The notes below the pieces were generated by a model. It worked only from the letters and a program-made list of their open reading frames with translations, was not told the origin of the DNA and did not search any database. A stretch of 64,000 nt of DNA from Pseudomonadota bacterium (lineage in GTDB: Archaea; Thermoplasmatota; SW-10-69-26; JACQPN01; JAJPHT01), in contig JAJPHT010000045.1 of assembly GCA_021325135.1 (NCBI GenBank), forward strand, positions 28,205-92,204. The letters run 5' to 3'. Of the stretch, positions 31,478 to 41,692 are shown piece by piece; the stretch's first letter is position 1; each line of letters begins with the position of its first letter. The translations under genes and the position numbers were made by a program.

Positions 31478-31768
31478 TCACTCGTACTCGAGCACGAGCT
31501 TGTCGTCCTTGATCACGCGGAGGCTCGCGGTGCGGCCCATCTCGGGGTTCATCAGCGGCAGGGCGATGCGGTAGTGGACGTGCTCGGGCTCGCGGCAGTG
31601 GCAGGGGCCGCTCTCCTGGATCTTCGTCTTCAGCGTGCTCTTGCCCACGGTGAGCTGGAAGGGCGTTCCGGGGGCGGGGAGCTTGGGGAGCCAGGCTTTC
31701 TCGACGAGGAGGAAGCCTTCCTCGGCCTCCTCGGCGCCGATCTTGCGTTTCATCGTGTTCGAGGCCAT
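31478..31768 (-). CDS. Hypothetical small beta-rich protein with a CxC...HxH motif
   Basis: 96 aa; PCHCREPEHVHY; strong codon bias. Confidence 0.7.
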   Translation of the reverse strand: MASNTMKRKIGAEEAEEGFLLVEKAWLPKLPAPGTPFQLTVGKSTLKTKIQESGPCHCREPEHVHYRIALPLMNPEMGRTASLRVIKDDKLVLEYE

Positions 31769-31965
31769 GATCGCTCGACTCGGGCCGCGCGGGGCGGCGG
31801 GGAAAGAACCGTGAGCGCCGCGAAAACGCGGAGCGCCGGGGGCGTTGCCCGCCTTTCGATGAGGCGCTTCCGGATTTGAATCTTGTGGTCACGCGGCTGC
31901 GGCGTCCGCCCCCGGAGAAACCCTAATAGGGGGCACTCGGTTGGCGCGCCCAAGAGGCGATCCCC

Positions 31966-33357
<1,392 letters not shown>

Positions 33358-33408
33358 GCCTCGTCAAGAGCGCCCGGCGCGCAGCGCCGAGGCGCGTGCG
33401 ATGCCTAT

Positions 33409-33466
33409 CGCCCCTCGCCGCAGCGAGGGGCGCGTAGGGCGTATTGCGCCGCTGGTACGCCAGCGG
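33409..33466 (+). repeat. REP-like element, copy 1
   Basis: 10-bp stem with CGCA loop, then a 29-mer (33438-33466) that is 27/29 identical to 47158-47186. Confidence 0.65.
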
Positions 33467-33557
33467 CCAGCGGGGGCCTGTGCGGGACCGCGGGTGTTGG
33501 GCACAATGGCCCGCGGCCCCGCCAAGCTTCCTCGCCCGGGGCGATCAAGGCGTGGAG

Positions 33558-34019
33558 CTATTTCAAGCGAGGCAGCAGGGCGGTTGCGTCCCTGGACAAC
33601 CGTCCCTCCTCTTCCAGCGAGTCCCAGGCCTCGCGGACGTAGGTCCACAGCGCCGCCGGCGTCGGGTTGCCCGCCTGCGCGTAACGGATGCGACCCTCCG
33701 CGTCGACGAGCAGCAGCGTGGGGGTCTCGGTCACGCCCAGCGCGCGGGCGAGGCCGGGCCGGTCGTGGACCGAGAGGGGGACGGCGGGCACCTCCGGCGC
33801 GGCGTCGAGGACGATGCCCGGCGTCTCCGCGCACTCGCTGCAGAGCCGGCTCGTGAAGTAGAGCGCGGTGAGGGGCGCCCGCGGCGCGGGGAGCACGTCC
33901 TCCGGGACGCGGGCGAGGCGCGGCCGGAAGCCTGCGCGCCGGCGGGCGCGCGCCCACGCGAGGGCGATCACCAGCGCGACGAGGGCCGCCGCGATGCCCA
34001 GCCGCGCGAGGACGTCCAT
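33558..34019 (-). CDS. Membrane-anchored thioredoxin-like protein
   Basis: N-terminal TM; FTSRLCSEC; TPTLLLVD..G. Confidence 0.8.
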   Translation of the reverse strand: MDVLARLGIAAALVALVIALAWARARRRAGFRPRLARVPEDVLPAPRAPLTALYFTSRLCSECAETPGIVLDAAPEVPAVPLSVHDRPGLARALGVTETPTLLLVDAEGRIRYAQAGNPTPAALWTYVREAWDSLEEEGRLSRDATALLPRLK

Positions 34020-34022
34020 GGC

Positions 34023-34457
34023 TCACGCCTGCGCGGAGCGCCCGGTCCAGCGCGCGAGGAGCGAGTAGACCTCGCAGCCCACGCAGACGTCGGTCACGGC
34101 GGCCAGGAGCGCCAGCGCGGCCACGAGGAGCGCCAGACCCCAGCCCACGAGGGGCGAGGCGAAGACCAGGAGCGCCAGCGAGGCGGCGGCGAGGAACGCG
34201 AAGCCGACTCCCTGCGCGAAGCGCACCGGGGCCGCGTCCTTGAGGCGCGCGGGCGGGCCCAGCTTGAGCGCGGGCACGACGGCGTGCTTCCAGAGCAGCG
34301 CCAGCGGGTTGGCCTGCGGGCCGAGGAACGCGCCCGCGCCCAGGAGGAGCGCGAGGACGGGAAGGAGAAGCGGGACCTTGAGCACGAACGCGACGAGGGA
34401 GAGCGCGCCGACCACGCCTTGGTTGAAGCGCGGGGCGCGGGGGTCGATGCGGGGCAC
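34023..34457 (-). CDS. DUF4395 family membrane protein
   Basis: IDPRAPRFNQ, PVRFAQGVG and DVCVGC motifs; paired with a thioredoxin-like gene. Confidence 0.85.
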   Translation of the reverse strand: MPRIDPRAPRFNQGVVGALSLVAFVLKVPLLLPVLALLLGAGAFLGPQANPLALLWKHAVVPALKLGPPARLKDAAPVRFAQGVGFAFLAAASLALLVFASPLVGWGLALLVAALALLAAVTDVCVGCEVYSLLARWTGRSAQA

Positions 34458-34504
34458 GGGAAAGGAGGACGCGCGGGCCACCAAGAAGAGGCGCAACGCG
34501 GCAA

Positions 34505-34723
34505 CTAGCGCCGGCTCCAGCTCCACCCCTGCTGGGGGCCTTCGCGCGGGCGGCGGAACGTGTTGATGTACGCCAGCGTGATGCCCGCGGCGAGGGTGAG
34601 GCCGCCGATGACCATGCCCGTCGCGACCGCGACGATGGGGTAGTGGTTGCTCGTGAAGTACGCGACGAGCGTGAGGAGCGCGCCGAGGCCCATGAGGATC
34701 GCGGGATGCCAGCGGGGGTCCAT
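34505..34723 (-). CDS. Small membrane protein (72 aa)
   Basis: Two TM helices; divergent from the SDR gene. Confidence 0.65.
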   Translation of the reverse strand: MDPRWHPAILMGLGALLTLVAYFTSNHYPIVAVATGMVIGGLTLAAGITLAYINTFRRPREGPQQGWSWSRR

Positions 34724-34785
34724 GGACGCGGGGGCACCGGCGGCGGTCCATAAGGCATTTCCCTTGGGGCGCGGTCGCCTCGCCC

Positions 34786-35514
34786 ATGGCTCGGGTCGTC
34801 CTCGTGACGGGAGCGGGGCGCGGCTTGGGCGCCGCGACGGCGGAGCGCCTGGCGCAGGACGGGTGGGACGTCGTCATCAACTACCGCCAGACGGCGGAGG
34901 GCGCCGAGGCGGTGCGGACCACCGTGGAGGCCATGGGCCAGCGCGCGCTCGTGGTGAAGGCCGACGTCTCGCGCTGGGACGAGGCGCAGGCCATGGTGGC
35001 GGAGACGATCTCCTCCCTGGGCCGCCTCGACGCGGTGGTCAACAACGCGGGCATCTACCGCCGCGCCACCGTGGACAAGGTGGAGCCCGAGGACTGGCAC
35101 GAGGCGCTGGACGTGAACCTCACCGGCACGTTCTACGTCACCAAGGCCGCGCTGGCGCACCTGCCCGACGGCGCGCGCATCGTGAACTTCACCAGCGTCC
35201 TGGGCGCCATGGGCAGCAAGCACGGCGCCCACTACTCGGCGAGCAAGGGGGGCGTCATCGCCATGACCAAGAGCCTCGCCAAGGAGCTTGGCCCCCGCGG
35301 CATCCTCGTCAACGCCATCGCCCCGGGCGCCATCGCCACCGACATGATCGGCCAGGACACGCCCGAGCAGCGCGCGGCGCGGGAGAAGACCATCCCCCTG
35401 GGTCGCGTGGGCCGGCCGGAGGAGATCGCGGGCGTCGTGAGCTTCCTCCTGGGCCCCGACGCGTCCTACCTCACCGGGCAGGTCCTGCACGTCAACGGCG
35501 GATTGTACGTTTGA
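34786..35514 (+). CDS. SDR family oxidoreductase (FabG-like)
   Basis: [24 protein letters not shown] and LHVNGG motifs. Confidence 0.92.
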   Translation: MARVVLVTGAGRGLGAATAERLAQDGWDVVINYRQTAEGAEAVRTTVEAMGQRALVVKADVSRWDEAQAMVAETISSLGRLDAVVNNAGIYRRATVDKVEPEDWHEALDVNLTGTFYVTKAALAHLPDGARIVNFTSVLGAMGSKHGAHYSASKGGVIAMTKSLAKELGPRGILVNAIAPGAIATDMIGQDTPEQRAAREKTIPLGRVGRPEEIAGVVSFLLGPDASYLTGQVLHVNGGLYV

Positions 35515-35587
35515 GGGCACCCAGTGGGTAGCCATTGGGGAAAACCGATATCGCCACCCCTGGGCCTGCGCCGGGCGAGGCCGTCCC

Positions 35588-37135
35588 GTGAGGCTGTCCA
35601 TCGTCGCCCTCGTCGCGCTCCTGCTCGCCCCCGGCGTGCTCGCCCTTCAGCCGCTCCCGCCCGCCGCGCCCCGCGTGGCCGGGGGCTTCACCGTCGCGCT
35701 GCTGGCGCCCGTCGCCGGCCCCACCGCGCTGGCCTTCGGGCCCGGCGGCCCGGACCTCTACGCGACGACGCTCACCGGCGACGTGCAGCGTGTGCCCCTG
35801 ACGTGGACGCCCGCGGGCCCCGTCGCCTCGGGCGCGCCCTCCACGGTGGCCTCCGGCTTCGCGCAGCCCCTGGGCGTCGCCTTCGGCCCCGACGGCGCGA
35901 TGTACGTCAGCGACTCGCACCTCAACCCCGCTTCGGGCCGCACCGACGGCTACGTCACGCGCATCGACCTCGCGGGCTCCCGCGTCGTGGTGGACGGCCT
36001 GCCCAACGGGCGCCACAACACCAACCACCTGCGCTTCGCCCCCGACGGCCGCCTCGCCATCGCCAACGGGAACTCCAACGACGACGGCGTGAGCGGCGGC
36101 TCCGCGGACGCCTTCCCCTACTCGGGCGCGCTCCTCACGGTGGACGCGGCGCAGGTCTCCGCGAGCCCGGCCATCCTCCGCTGGACCGACGCCAACGGGA
36201 GCCCCCTGGACGCGGGCGCGGTCGCCGCCGACCCCGGCAACGCGGACTTCGCCTCCAAGGTGCAGGTCCTCGCCCACGGCTTCCGCAACGTGTTCGGCGT
36301 CGCGTGGTCCAGCGACGGCACGGCCTACACCGCGATGAACGGCCCCGACACGTTCCCGCAGGACGCGCAGGACGCGCTGTTCAAGGTCGCGCCCGGGACC
36401 GACTACCGCTACCCGTTCTGCTTCAACCAGGGCAGCGACGCGGGCACCGACGTCGCGACCGCCAACAACCCGCTCTTCCCCGGCGCGGACTGCGCGGGCA
36501 TCCCCCACGCGACGGCGCTCCTGGGCTGGCACGTCTGCGCGACGGGGCTGGACGTCGCGCCCGCGGGCAGCGCGTTCGGCCGCGCCGCGTTCGTCGCCGA
36601 GTGCGGCCCCTTCTTCCCCGACCCGCAGGACCACGGCCTCTCCACGCAGGACACGGGGCACAAGGTCGCCCGCGTCGCGCTGGACGCCCACGGCGACGCC
36701 ACCGAGGTGGACGACTTCCTCACGGGCCTCGCGCTCCCCACCGACGCCCTCTTCGGGCCCGACGGCGCGCTCTACGTCGCGGACGCGGCCGGCGTCTACC
36801 GCGTCGCGCCCGTCCAGGCCCCCGCCGCCACCGTGACCGTCGAGGCCGTGGGCACGCAGTTCGCGCCCGCCGCGCTGGTGATTCCCGCCGGCACGACGGT
36901 CCAGTGGCAGACGCCCGCCATCGCGCACACCGTGACCACCGCCGCGAGCCTGGACGACGCGCGCGCCGGGCACGGCAACGATCCGCTCAACCGCGACGGG
37001 AACCCCGACACGTTCTCGCTGGGCCTCGCGCCCAACCAGGCGGCGACGCACACCTTCCTCACGCCGGGCACGTACTACTATTACTGCGCCTTCCACGTGG
37101 GCGCCGGCATGGTGGGCGTCGTCGAGGTGGTGTAG
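35588..37135 (+). CDS. Secreted PQQ-dependent sugar-dehydrogenase-like beta-propeller with C-terminal cupredoxin domain
   Basis: Signal peptide; FGPDG repeats; HNTN and AHGFRN motifs; type-1 Cu ligands AHTV...YYCAFH...GM. Confidence 0.75.
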   Translation: MRLSIVALVALLLAPGVLALQPLPPAAPRVAGGFTVALLAPVAGPTALAFGPGGPDLYATTLTGDVQRVPLTWTPAGPVASGAPSTVASGFAQPLGVAFGPDGAMYVSDSHLNPASGRTDGYVTRIDLAGSRVVVDGLPNGRHNTNHLRFAPDGRLAIANGNSNDDGVSGGSADAFPYSGALLTVDAAQVSASPAILRWTDANGSPLDAGAVAADPGNADFASKVQVLAHGFRNVFGVAWSSDGTAYTAMNGPDTFPQDAQDALFKVAPGTDYRYPFCFNQGSDAGTDVATANNPLFPGADCAGIPHATALLGWHVCATGLDVAPAGSAFGRAAFVAECGPFFPDPQDHGLSTQDTGHKVARVALDAHGDATEVDDFLTGLALPTDALFGPDGALYVADAAGVYRVAPVQAPAATVTVEAVGTQFAPAALVIPAGTTVQWQTPAIAHTVTTAASLDDARAGHGNDPLNRDGNPDTFSLGLAPNQAATHTFLTPGTYYYYCAFHVGAGMVGVVEVV

Positions 37136-37213
37136 CCCGGGCACATCCGGGACCCTCCGCGCCCGAAACCTTGACAAAGAGTGGCGCGGGTTGGGGGTCC
37201 GAGGCTTGAAGAC

Positions 37214-37375
37214 ATGGCTCCCCCCACCGTCTCCGACATCGAGCGCCTCGATCGCGCTCCCTACGGCCGCTCCCTGGGCGTCCGAGCGGGCCCCGAGGCG
37301 GGCCCCGTGTGCACGAACATCTGCTCGCTCACCCCGGGCAGCATTCCCAACCTCTCGCGCAAGGTCTGCGGCTGA
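37214..37375 (+). CDS. Lanthipeptide-type RiPP precursor peptide A1 (53 aa)
   Basis: MAPPTVSDIERLDRAPYGRSLGVRAGPEAGPVCTNICSLTPGSIPNLSRKVCG; paralogous to A2; directly upstream of the kinase/lyase/LanC genes. Confidence 0.85.
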   Translation: MAPPTVSDIERLDRAPYGRSLGVRAGPEAGPVCTNICSLTPGSIPNLSRKVCG

Positions 37376-37384
37376 GGTGTGACC

Positions 37385-37537
37385 ATGGCCCCCACCGTCT
37401 CCGAGATCGAGAGGCTCGACCGCGCGCCCTACGCCCGCTCCCTGGGCGCCAAGGGCTCGGACGCCAAGATTCCGCCGTGCACGGGTGTGTGCTCGCTGAC
37501 GCCCGGCAGCCTGCCCCTCTCGCGCACCATCTGCTGA
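37385..37537 (+). CDS. Lanthipeptide-type RiPP precursor peptide A2 (50 aa; not in the ORF track)
   Basis: MAPTVSEIERLDRAPYARSLGAKGSDAKIPPCTGVCSLTPGSLPLSRTIC; GAGGTG SD at 37374-37379; stop 4 nt before the kinase ATG. Confidence 0.85.
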   Translation: MAPTVSEIERLDRAPYARSLGAKGSDAKIPPCTGVCSLTPGSLPLSRTIC

Positions 37538-37541
37538 CGCC

Positions 37542-38654
37542 ATGGACCGCGCGCCTCCGCGCCTCGCGCTCGAAGGCGTGCCCTCCTACCTTCTCCGCCG
37601 CGGCCTCGTGCCGCGGAGCACCCTCGTCCACGGCCCGCTCCGCGTCGAGGGGCGCTCCCGGCGCAACCGCAACTACAAGGTCCTCCTGCCGCGCGGCGGC
37701 CTCCTCGTGAAGCAGGCCGGCGACCCGCAGGACCCCGTCTGGCGCCGCGCGCTGCGCGCCGAGGCGGACGTGGTCCGCGTCCTCGCCTCGCACCCCCGCA
37801 CGCGGCGCTGGACGCCCGGCTTCGTCCACCACGACGCGGGGCGCGCCATCCTCGTCACGCGGCTGCTGCGCCCCGCGACGACGCTGAGCAAGTACCACCT
37901 CAACCTGGGCGACGTGCGCTTCCCCGCGGACGCCGCGCGCACCGCGGCGCGCGCCCTCGCCGCGGCGCACGCCGTGGGCGCCCGCGCCCTCGCCTCGGGC
38001 CGCCTCGCGGCGCCCCCGCGCAACCTGCCCGCCGCGTGGAAGCTCGCCGGCATCCCGGGCCTCCCGCCGCCCAAGCCCGGCGGGGCCGCGGACGCCGAGT
38101 ACTTCCGTCTCCTGCGGCGCGAAGCGCCCTTCTACGCCCGCGTCCCGGGCCTCATGCGCGAATGGCTGGACGCGCGCGGCCTCGTCCACGGCGACGTGCG
38201 CTGGGACAACTACCTGGTCGGCGCCGGCGCCCGCGCGGAGGGCGAGCTGAACCTCCGCCTCGTGGACTGGGAGATGTGGGGGCAGGGCGACCCCGCGTGG
38301 GACGTCGCGTGCCACCTCGCCGAGCACGTCCGCTTCTGGTACGGCGCGGGGCTCCTCCACAACGCCGAGACCCTGGAGCAGATGCGGGAGCGCGTGCCCT
38401 TCCCCGTCTCCCGCGCCCACGAGGCGTGCCGCGCCTTCCTCGACGCCTACGCGCGCGAGGCCGCGACGCCCCGCGGCGCCCTCCTCGCCCGCGCGCTGGA
38501 GTACGCCCCCTTCTGCCTCGCGCTGGTGGGGTTCGAGAGCCTCCAGCGGCGCGACCAGATGCCCGCCGGCGCGCGCGTCGCCGTCGCGCTGGCCAACGCC
38601 GCCGCGGAGGACCCCAAGGCCTACGCCCGCGAGTGGCTGGGGGTCGCGCCGTGA
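37542..38654 (+). CDS. APH/phosphotransferase-family peptide Ser/Thr kinase (LanK-like)
   Basis: SRRNRN, LLVKQ, VHGDVRWDN, VDWE and GDPAWDVA motifs. Confidence 0.85.
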   Translation: MDRAPPRLALEGVPSYLLRRGLVPRSTLVHGPLRVEGRSRRNRNYKVLLPRGGLLVKQAGDPQDPVWRRALRAEADVVRVLASHPRTRRWTPGFVHHDAGRAILVTRLLRPATTLSKYHLNLGDVRFPADAARTAARALAAAHAVGARALASGRLAAPPRNLPAAWKLAGIPGLPPPKPGGAADAEYFRLLRREAPFYARVPGLMREWLDARGLVHGDVRWDNYLVGAGARAEGELNLRLVDWEMWGQGDPAWDVACHLAEHVRFWYGAGLLHNAETLEQMRERVPFPVSRAHEACRAFLDAYAREAATPRGALLARALEYAPFCLALVGFESLQRRDQMPAGARVAVALANAAAEDPKAYAREWLGVAP

Positions 38655-39499
38655 CGCTGGACGTGCCGCTGGACCTCGACGGCCCCGCGCAGGTCGCGCA
38701 CCTCGCGCGTCGCGTCGCCATCCTCTCCCGGGACGAGTACGCCTGGGACGGCGAGCCGGAGCGCGTCGATCCCTCGCGCCTGCGCACGCCCGTCCGCACG
38801 CCGGAGCCCGTCGTCGCCGAGGTCGCCTCGCGCCTCTACCACGAGGCCTACGGGCGCCCCCACGACGGGCGCGGCGCCTACGCCCACCTGCCCGACCAGG
38901 ACCTGCGCCGCGCCTTCGCCGACGCGCTGCGCCGCCACGCCGCCATCGTGGACGACCTCCAGCCCGGCTGGATCCACGCCCGCGCGCCTGTGATATCATC
39001 CTCCACGCCCCTCGTGCGCGTCTACTGGCACCTGGCGCCGCAGGGCGCCGCGCCGCTCCTCGCCGCCGCGACGCGGGCGCTCCGGAAGGCCAAGGCGGCG
39101 TTCATGCTGAAGCTCATGGACGACCCGCAGTCGTACCGCCGCGCGGACTCCGCCGTCCTCTACGTCCCCGCCGGAGAATGGCCCCGCGCCGCCGCCGCGC
39201 TGCCGCGCGTCCACGCCGCCGTGGCGCCCTACCTGCGCCGCGCGGCGCCCCTCTTCACGCTGCGGCTCGCGCCCGGCGTGGGGCTCGCGGAGGACCCGGG
39301 CGGCGACGAGAGCTTCGGCCTCCACCGCTCGCGCCTCGTGGCGGAGGGGCTCTTCGCGGCGCGCGGCGCGCAGGGCGACCCCGAGCGGCTGGCCATCGTG
39401 CGCGGGCACCTGGCGCGCGCCGGCGTCGACCCCGACGCGCCGCACCTGAACGCGGGCACGCGGGAGATCCTCGCGCCGCGGCTGGAGGCGGCGCCGTGA
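38651..39499 (+). CDS. HopA1-family phosphoSer/Thr lyase (LanY-like)
   Basis: LVRVYWH, FMLK, RADSAVLYV, PLFT.RLAPGVGLAEDP and ESFGLHRSRLVAEG motifs; GTGA overlap with the kinase gene. Confidence 0.8.
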   Translation: MTLDVPLDLDGPAQVAHLARRVAILSRDEYAWDGEPERVDPSRLRTPVRTPEPVVAEVASRLYHEAYGRPHDGRGAYAHLPDQDLRRAFADALRRHAAIVDDLQPGWIHARAPVISSSTPLVRVYWHLAPQGAAPLLAAATRALRKAKAAFMLKLMDDPQSYRRADSAVLYVPAGEWPRAAAALPRVHAAVAPYLRRAAPLFTLRLAPGVGLAEDPGGDESFGLHRSRLVAEGLFAARGAQGDPERLAIVRGHLARAGVDPDAPHLNAGTREILAPRLEAAP

Positions 39500-40749
39500 G
39501 CCGCTTCCTCGACGAGGCCTCCGCCCTCGCGGACCGCCTTGCGGAGTCGGCGACGTGGGACGGCGCGTGCGCGACGTGGCTCGCGCGCGCCATCCCTCCC
39601 GGCGAGGACCCCGAAGGCCCCGAGGCGCATCCCGAGCTGGTCGGGCTGGACGCGACCGTCTACCGCGGCACGGCCGGCGTCGCGCTGGTCCTCGCGCGCG
39701 TCGCGGCCCGCACCGGCGAGCGCGCGCACCGCCGCGCGGCGCGGGGCGCCATGGAGCACGCCCTCCGCCACGCGCGCGGCCCCGGCTCGGAGGGCGAGCC
39801 CGTGGGCGCGGAGTGGCGCCTCTCGTTCCTCATGGGGAGCCTGGGCGTCGCGTGGGCCGGCCACGAGGTGGGGCTGCTCCTCGACGACGCCGCGCTCTCC
39901 CGCCGCGGGCTGCGCCTCGCCGCGGCGCTCGTCCGCGACGGCGCGCCGGGCCCCGAGGTCGACGTCATGTTCGGCGCCGGGAGCGGCATCCCGACGCTCC
40001 TGGACCTGGGCGCGCGCGGCGTGCGCGGCGCGCCCGAGCTGGCGGCCCGCCTGGGCGACGCGGCCCTTGCGGCGGGGCGCTCCGAGCGCGGCGGGCTCGC
40101 CTGGAGGGACGGCCTCACGGGCTACAGCCACGGCGCGGCCGGCGTGGGGTCGGCCCTCGCGGCCCTCGCCGCGCGCACGGACGCGGAGCGGCACCGCGCG
40201 GGCGCCCGCGCCGCGTTCGCCTACGAGCGCGCGCTCTTCCAGCCCCGCGACGCCAACTGGCCCGACCTCAAGGCCAAGCCCCGCGCCGACGGCTCGTGGC
40301 CCTGCGAGGCGAACTGGTGCCACGGCGCGCCGGGCATCGGCCTCTCGCGCGCCCTCGCGCTCCCCCGCCTCAAGGACCCGGCGCTCCTCGACGAGGCGCG
40401 CGTCGCCCTCGCCACCACCGTCGCGCGCCTGAGGGATGACGCGCAGGAGCCGGGCCGCGACTTCACGCTCTGCCACGGGGTGGCGGGCCGCGCCGCGTGC
40501 GCGCTGCGGATCGGCCACGCCGTGGGGGGCGACGCGGGGCGCTCCGCCGCGCGGGAGGTGGTGGGCGCCGCCGTCGAGGCGTTCGGCGCGCGCGCCCGCC
40601 AGCGATGGGGAGAGGCCACCGATTGGCCCAACCCCCTGCCCGCGGGGCTCCACCCCTCGCTTTTCCTTGGGGCGGCGGGGATCGCGCACCTGTTCCTGGA
40701 GCTTGACGACCCCCGGCTGCCGGGCGTCGTCGCGCCGCCGGGCGCGTAG
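39496..40749 (+). CDS. Stand-alone LanC-like lanthionine cyclase
   Basis: GxxG barrel repeats YRGTAGV, SHGAAGV, WCHGAPGIG, LCHGVAG and LFLGAAGI; intact Cys/Cys/His Zn ligands; GTGA overlap with the lyase gene. Confidence 0.88.
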   Translation: MSRFLDEASALADRLAESATWDGACATWLARAIPPGEDPEGPEAHPELVGLDATVYRGTAGVALVLARVAARTGERAHRRAARGAMEHALRHARGPGSEGEPVGAEWRLSFLMGSLGVAWAGHEVGLLLDDAALSRRGLRLAAALVRDGAPGPEVDVMFGAGSGIPTLLDLGARGVRGAPELAARLGDAALAAGRSERGGLAWRDGLTGYSHGAAGVGSALAALAARTDAERHRAGARAAFAYERALFQPRDANWPDLKAKPRADGSWPCEANWCHGAPGIGLSRALALPRLKDPALLDEARVALATTVARLRDDAQEPGRDFTLCHGVAGRAACALRIGHAVGGDAGRSAAREVVGAAVEAFGARARQRWGEATDWPNPLPAGLHPSLFLGAAGIAHLFLELDDPRLPGVVAPPGA

Positions 40750-40750
40750 A

Positions 40751-41014
40751 TCAGAAGACGACGTACACGACGACGGCGAGCGCCGCGACCAGGAGGGCGC
40801 CGTAGCTCGCAAGGCGATCCGCGCGGGATTCCAGGGAGCGCCAGATCGCGTAGCGGGACGGGACGGGGCCGACGGTCGCAGACATCAGGACCGCGTCTCC
40901 CTTGGTCGCAGGTTGACTTAACGGCACCGTCTCGGGTGGGGATACACCGATCGAAACGTCGGGGAGGAGCGCCGCGTCCAGGGAGGATTCAGGAGAAAGC
41001 AGCACGGCGCTCAT
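40751..41014 (-). CDS. Small protein with C-terminal TM helix
   Basis: 87-aa ORF convergent on lanC; lower GC; hydrophobic C-terminus. Confidence 0.45.
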   Translation of the reverse strand: MSAVLLSPESSLDAALLPDVSIGVSPPETVPLSQPATKGDAVLMSATVGPVPSRYAIWRSLESRADRLASYGALLVAALAVVVYVVF

Positions 41015-41104
41015 GGGGGCCGCCTTGTCCCGGGGGCGTCTTCATCCCAGCGCAAGGTCCGCTGGGGACCCCGGCCCCGCAAGCTTCAGGGCCCCTCCGC
41101 CCGG

Positions 41105-41692
41105 GTGCCCGGCGTGGACGCGCGGGACGCCTGGCGCCGCAAGCACGCCCGGGAGGCGGCGCCCTGGCGGGGGCCCGTCCACGCCGCGCCCCTGCTGGCG
41201 GGCCTCTCCGGCCGCGTGGTGGAGCTCGGCGCGGGCGGGGGGAAGGTGGCCGGCGCGCTGCCGGCGGAGAGCGTCGCCCTGGACTGGGCGCCGGAGGGGC
41301 TCCGCGACGCGGGGCGCCCCCGCCTGGTCGCGGACGCGCGCGCCCTCCCCTTCCGCGACGGCTCGCTGGACGCGCTGGTGGCCATCCACGTCCTGGGCCA
41401 CCTCGCCGCGGCCGACCGCCCGCGCGCGCTGGCGGGGTGGGCCCGCGCGCTGCGCCCCGGCGGCGCGCTCGTGCTGGAGGTCTTCGCCCGCGGCGACGCC
41501 CGCGAAGGGGAGGGGCGCGAGGTGGAGCCGGGCACGTGGGAGCGCGGCGGCGTCGCGACGCACCACTTCTCCGAGGCCGAGCTTCGCGCGCTGCTGGCCG
41601 GGTGGCGCGGGGACCTCCTTGTGGAGGAGCGCCGCCTGAGGTGGGGGACCCGGCGGGCGCTGCGGGGCCGCTTCACCCGTCCCGCGCCTTGA
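41105..41692 (+). CDS. Class I SAM-dependent methyltransferase
   Basis: VVELGAGGG, ADARALPFRDGSLD and LRPGG motifs; start may be the GTG at 41114. Confidence 0.8.
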   Translation: MPGVDARDAWRRKHAREAAPWRGPVHAAPLLAGLSGRVVELGAGGGKVAGALPAESVALDWAPEGLRDAGRPRLVADARALPFRDGSLDALVAIHVLGHLAAADRPRALAGWARALRPGGALVLEVFARGDAREGEGREVEPGTWERGGVATHHFSEAELRALLAGWRGDLLVEERRLRWGTRRALRGRFTRPAP

